Assembly: GCA_000708835.1 (NCBI GenBank)
Contig: DF236973.1
Span: 302,436 to 366,435, forward strand
Reading direction: 5' to 3'
Length of the DNA: 64,000 nt
Source: Klebsormidium nitens
Taxonomy: Eukaryota > Plantae > Klebsormidiophyceae
Position 1 is the stretch's first letter; each line of letters starts with the position of its first letter. Shown piece after piece: positions 60,420 to 64,000 of this stretch. The position numbers and the translations under genes were made by a program. The notes beneath the pieces were generated by a model that saw nothing but the letters and a program-made list of their open reading frames with translations, was not told the DNA's origin and made no database searches.

Positions 60420-62060
60420 CAGATCGTACTTTTACTGTTCGTCAAACTGTGAGACTTTCTTGAAAAATGGAGCACGTTTTGAATTTTCTGATCATCACCT
60501 ACCCTCGACCTTGCCGTGGCGCCGACACCATTCTCATGGGCTGGAAGCACCATGCTTGCAGCCGAGGGCAAGTGGCAGTCTTGCCTTTCATGTGAAGGCG
60601 GGGCGAACGTTCATAGCGTGACGGTGCAGGCCCTCTGCCACATCGGATTTCTGAGACACCTTTGATGCAACTTACAAAATCATCCAAGGGGATTGGCCGG
60701 ATCGTTTGTGGACGTCCGATCATCCAGGAGCAGCTGTGACGAACGAGGCTGGATTCTGACCTTGACGGACGGTCCAGGAGTCCTGCTCTTCGATGATGCT
60801 GCCGGGCGACTCTTGTAGAGTTTAGTAGTATCAAACTCGGGCGTTTACTTCATATGAGCTCTAAGTCATTGATGGTACTTTGCTCTCTCATCTTTATAAT
60901 TCTGAGGGTCTTCGTGTTGTGTTCGTGATCGCCTGAGATGTGGCCAAGTCTGGCGCTGAAGTCGCCCAACAACAAAACCTCGCCTTTAAACATATACCCA
61001 GTACAGGATTCTAACAGGGCAGCATAAAAAGCGCGTCTCATCATTCGCTCTGAGTATCTCCAAAGCAAATGGACGAGACGGAGAGAACTGATGTGCATTT
61101 TGTGATTCGTATACACGGGCATGACTCGCGGCCCAATGAAACCTTTCGCTCTTGTGTCTGCACTGCAAATGCAGACACTCAGCAACAGCCTCTTTCGAAT
61201 CAAATCAGCTGAATACGAGCGGCGATTAGACATTGCTCCCGGCTTCCCAACACGAGAGCCATTGAGAAAGTTTCGTTACTCTGATGCCACTCGGCTTGAT
61301 TTCCAGGCCCTCCCAGGACACTTTGAGTCTTTGTCGCCTTCGAATCGTTCACCAACGTCCGAGCCGCAATCTTGAATTTTTCACGTTCCGTGGCGAAAAA
61401 GAGGTGAACTGTGCCCGTGCATTGAGTCCGGGCTTCACGAGAATCAGCGGCGCTTCTCGCCGTTTAGGAAGGTCCTGGAGTCTCTTCTATGCCGCTCTCA
61501 AACAAATCAAAGCACCAGGCTCTGGTCGTGCCCCGTTGTACGTGGGCACTCCATGTGGGCGGTGGGTCTGGTCGCTTGCGGACTACTTCTAATGGGCGGC
61601 CAGCAATTGTCGCAGTTAGGTGGTCAAGAAATGATGGAAGAGTTCTGGCTTTCAAAACAGTGGCCAACTGTGAACCTGTCCTGACGCCGCCGTTACGCAC
61701 GCGCCTCGGGCCTGGTTTCACAAATATGGAATAAATGCGCAATTCAGAGGGATTAAATCCGTGTTTAAAGAAATCTTGATCAGCAGGTTTGCGATTGATT
61801 GATCTGGCATGGTGTGGAAGAGTGCCACCAAGGAAGATGTTGCAGGGCTATAAGTATATGGGTATATCTTTGAAACGCCGAAGCTTTGACCAGACGGACG
61901 AGAACGACTGGTTTCTCCGCGGTGCAGCTAAAACAATCACAGTGAAGAAAGCTTGCAACCCACCAGAACTTTTGCGACCGATGTCTGGAATCAAAAGGAA
62001 CGCTTTCGTTGTGCCGATGCGCCTACCGTCTTTTGAACACTCCACCAACAGACCTTGACT
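60420..62060. mobile_element. Highly degenerate non-LTR (LINE-like) retrotransposon fragments
   Basis: The minus strand at 61030-60860 encodes FYAALL...VLLLGDFSARLG..GD...N (AP-endonuclease motif GDFNAR). The plus strand has weaker RT-like remnants (SDRTFTVRQ ~60420, LDLA ~60505, LLF-DD ~60785, YKYMGI 61849). Orientations are mixed and the frames broken. Confidence 0.35.
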
Positions 62061-62185
62061 GCTCTTCCGTCATTAAACTTCATGAATTTCAAACGAGCTT
62101 TGTTGGGCATTTTTTGAGAGCATCTGGGAGGAACCGCGTCTGGCTTGTGACATGACTGCCAGTACTCTCACTGTGAGAAGTCGGT

Positions 62186-63480
62186 TGTCTGATCCGTGTC
62201 TGAAGCATGTCTGATCTAAAGTGACCATCAGACGCGCTTCAGACACGGTCGGACATGGATCAGACACGTTTCAGACATGTCAAATCATGTCGAGCAATCG
62301 TGACATGGCTGTCGACATCGGCGCAACTATGAATGATTGGACAATGATCAGACACGTTTTAGACACATTTCAGGCATCAGAAAGATGTCTGAATGAGACA
62401 ATTATTGTCGAGCAGCTGTTTCAATTGTCTGATTGGTGTCTAATAAGCGTCTAATACACGTCTGAACTAAGGCTGGCCCAGAGCCGGTGGTCGGGTCAGA
62501 CGCCGTCCTAATCTAACGTACCCCGACTGCAGGCCTATGAATTTGACACTACTCTGCAAGCTACCTGTTGCTGCGGCCCTGGACTGTGGTTCCAGAGAAC
62601 GCGTGTTTTGAGCAGTGTCCGTCACAGGCCTGGCGTAAGCTTGGCAGCTTCCCGGGACTTTAGTGAGGTTAAAAAGGTGATTGAGAGGTAGATTAAGGAC
62701 TACTAGTCTGCCCCTTATGCGACGAGCGTGGCCGCTTTTACAATGCAACCGGGAAGGCCACACCGGTGTCAGGTCAACCAGCTTGTCACAAGTTGACAGA
62801 GTTCATTCGTAAGGATCTGTACGGTAAAAACTTTGTGATCATTCAGGACGGAAACCACTGTGCATCAGCGATCCAGTCTGGTTGTCCGGTTCCGGCAGCG
62901 ACAATTGGCGGACTATACTATGTATAGGTTCCTGACAAAAGCAATGGTGACGAGTCTGCATCCGTGATCATGACTTTTTGTCACAGAGCCTGCATCGATA
63001 TTTTATGGTGGGTCGGAATTGGCGGTGAAGCATGCCATGATGTTCATCATGCTTCATGGAAGATGCCGGGCTGTCACGAGGCCGGGCGCTCCAAAATTAT
63101 AGTTGCACAATGCTTTGTTTTATATGCATACTGAGGGACAAAGGACTGGTTTTAGATGCCATGAATGAAATGCGTCTGCGCGGTCTGCAGCGGCACTGTG
63201 ATAGTCACAGCGAGAACATTCACCGGTACTGGTCAACAATTGCCGCCGGACTTGAGGATCACGTCTTTCTGGCAACGAAGTCACTACTGTAGCTGTGGTT
63301 GACAATGATAATGAGCCAAACGGATCAGACAGCCTTCGGACACCTTTCGGACACCTTTCAGACATGTCTGAACTCCGTCGAAGTGTCGGAAAGTTCCCTC
63401 GGTCCGTCCGTTAGACATGCATTAGACACGGCCAATTAAGATCAGACACGTATCAGACGGTGTTTAGACAAATTATTTCT
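62186..63480. repeat. Two clusters of (T)CAGACAC / GTGTCTGA motifs in both orientations, including a ~30-bp hairpin
   Basis: 62186-62215 pairs with 62227-62255 (11-nt loop). Further copies lie at 62260-62465 and 63325-63470 (e.g. TTCGGACACCTTTCGGACACCTTTCAGACATGTCTGA). Confidence 0.65.
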
Positions 63481-64000
63481 CACAGTGTCTCTCAGGTGCT
63501 TTCTGATGATGCTGCATTGTGACAGCTTGGCAAGCTTGGATTGCAATGCTCGGCGGCACAGCGCTGGGCGGCACGCTGGGCGTTTCCAAAAACGGCTTGA
63601 TTTTTATCGAACCGAATCGAATTGAATGGTGAGAGCCTAGTGCTTTCCCATCAGGTATACGATGAAGAGACGGTCTCACATTTCAACTGCGCTGGCGCGC
63701 TCAGCTTGCTTTCTGCTAAAGAACTTCGTCAGATTTTGACAAAGAGCAAGCTGTGCCGATGGATACTTCTCTTAAAGCCCGTGCGTATCAAAGGCATGGG
63801 GCGTGTGCAGGTACAATGGCAGTGAAAGCCATTGTACGATCGGCCTGATCGAAAAAACTACCGGCACGCTAATCTGGTCCACAAGGGAGATTTCAAGCTT
63901 TTCCGTTCCTAGCGCGGTTCCGCCGCTATCATTAGTCGCTGTCTACCAAGTGCCGGCCGGACCAGGCGGACCGACCGACCGCTTGGACCGCACTATCAGG

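Overview
This is eukaryotic nuclear DNA with spliceosomal GT-AG introns and GC-rich exons. Gene content and exon/intron style suggest a streptophyte green alga of the Klebsormidium type (inference, not proven). I reconstructed seven protein-coding genes by hand by chaining splice sites and reading frames: (1) a secreted CLCA-like zinc metalloprotease/vWA protein (810-6247, +); (2) a probably plastid-targeted protein of unknown function (11168-16589, -); (3) a UVR-repeat + ApaG protein (17476-21726, +); (4) a Cut8/Sts1-like nuclear proteasome tether (23491-25506, -); (5) an intronless F-box/LRR gene (26086-27441, +); (6) UPF3 (29014-34155, -); (7) NOC3 (35070-46929, +). Genes 2-7 form three head-to-head pairs. 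The last ~17 kb has no intact gene. It holds two diverged tandem copies of a decayed ~5.5-6 kb coding unit, LINE-like relics and hairpin-rich repeats. Several MITE-like elements are present. The most striking unexplained pattern is that at least eight exon-intron junctions in four genes are flanked, on the intron side, by tandem 'echo' copies of the junction itself, which usually become more degenerate with distance from the functional site. Two conserved genes each carry a one-base deficit at a homopolymer, most likely assembly errors. I found no rRNA, tRNA or CRISPR array. All family assignments come from remembered motifs; no database search was run.
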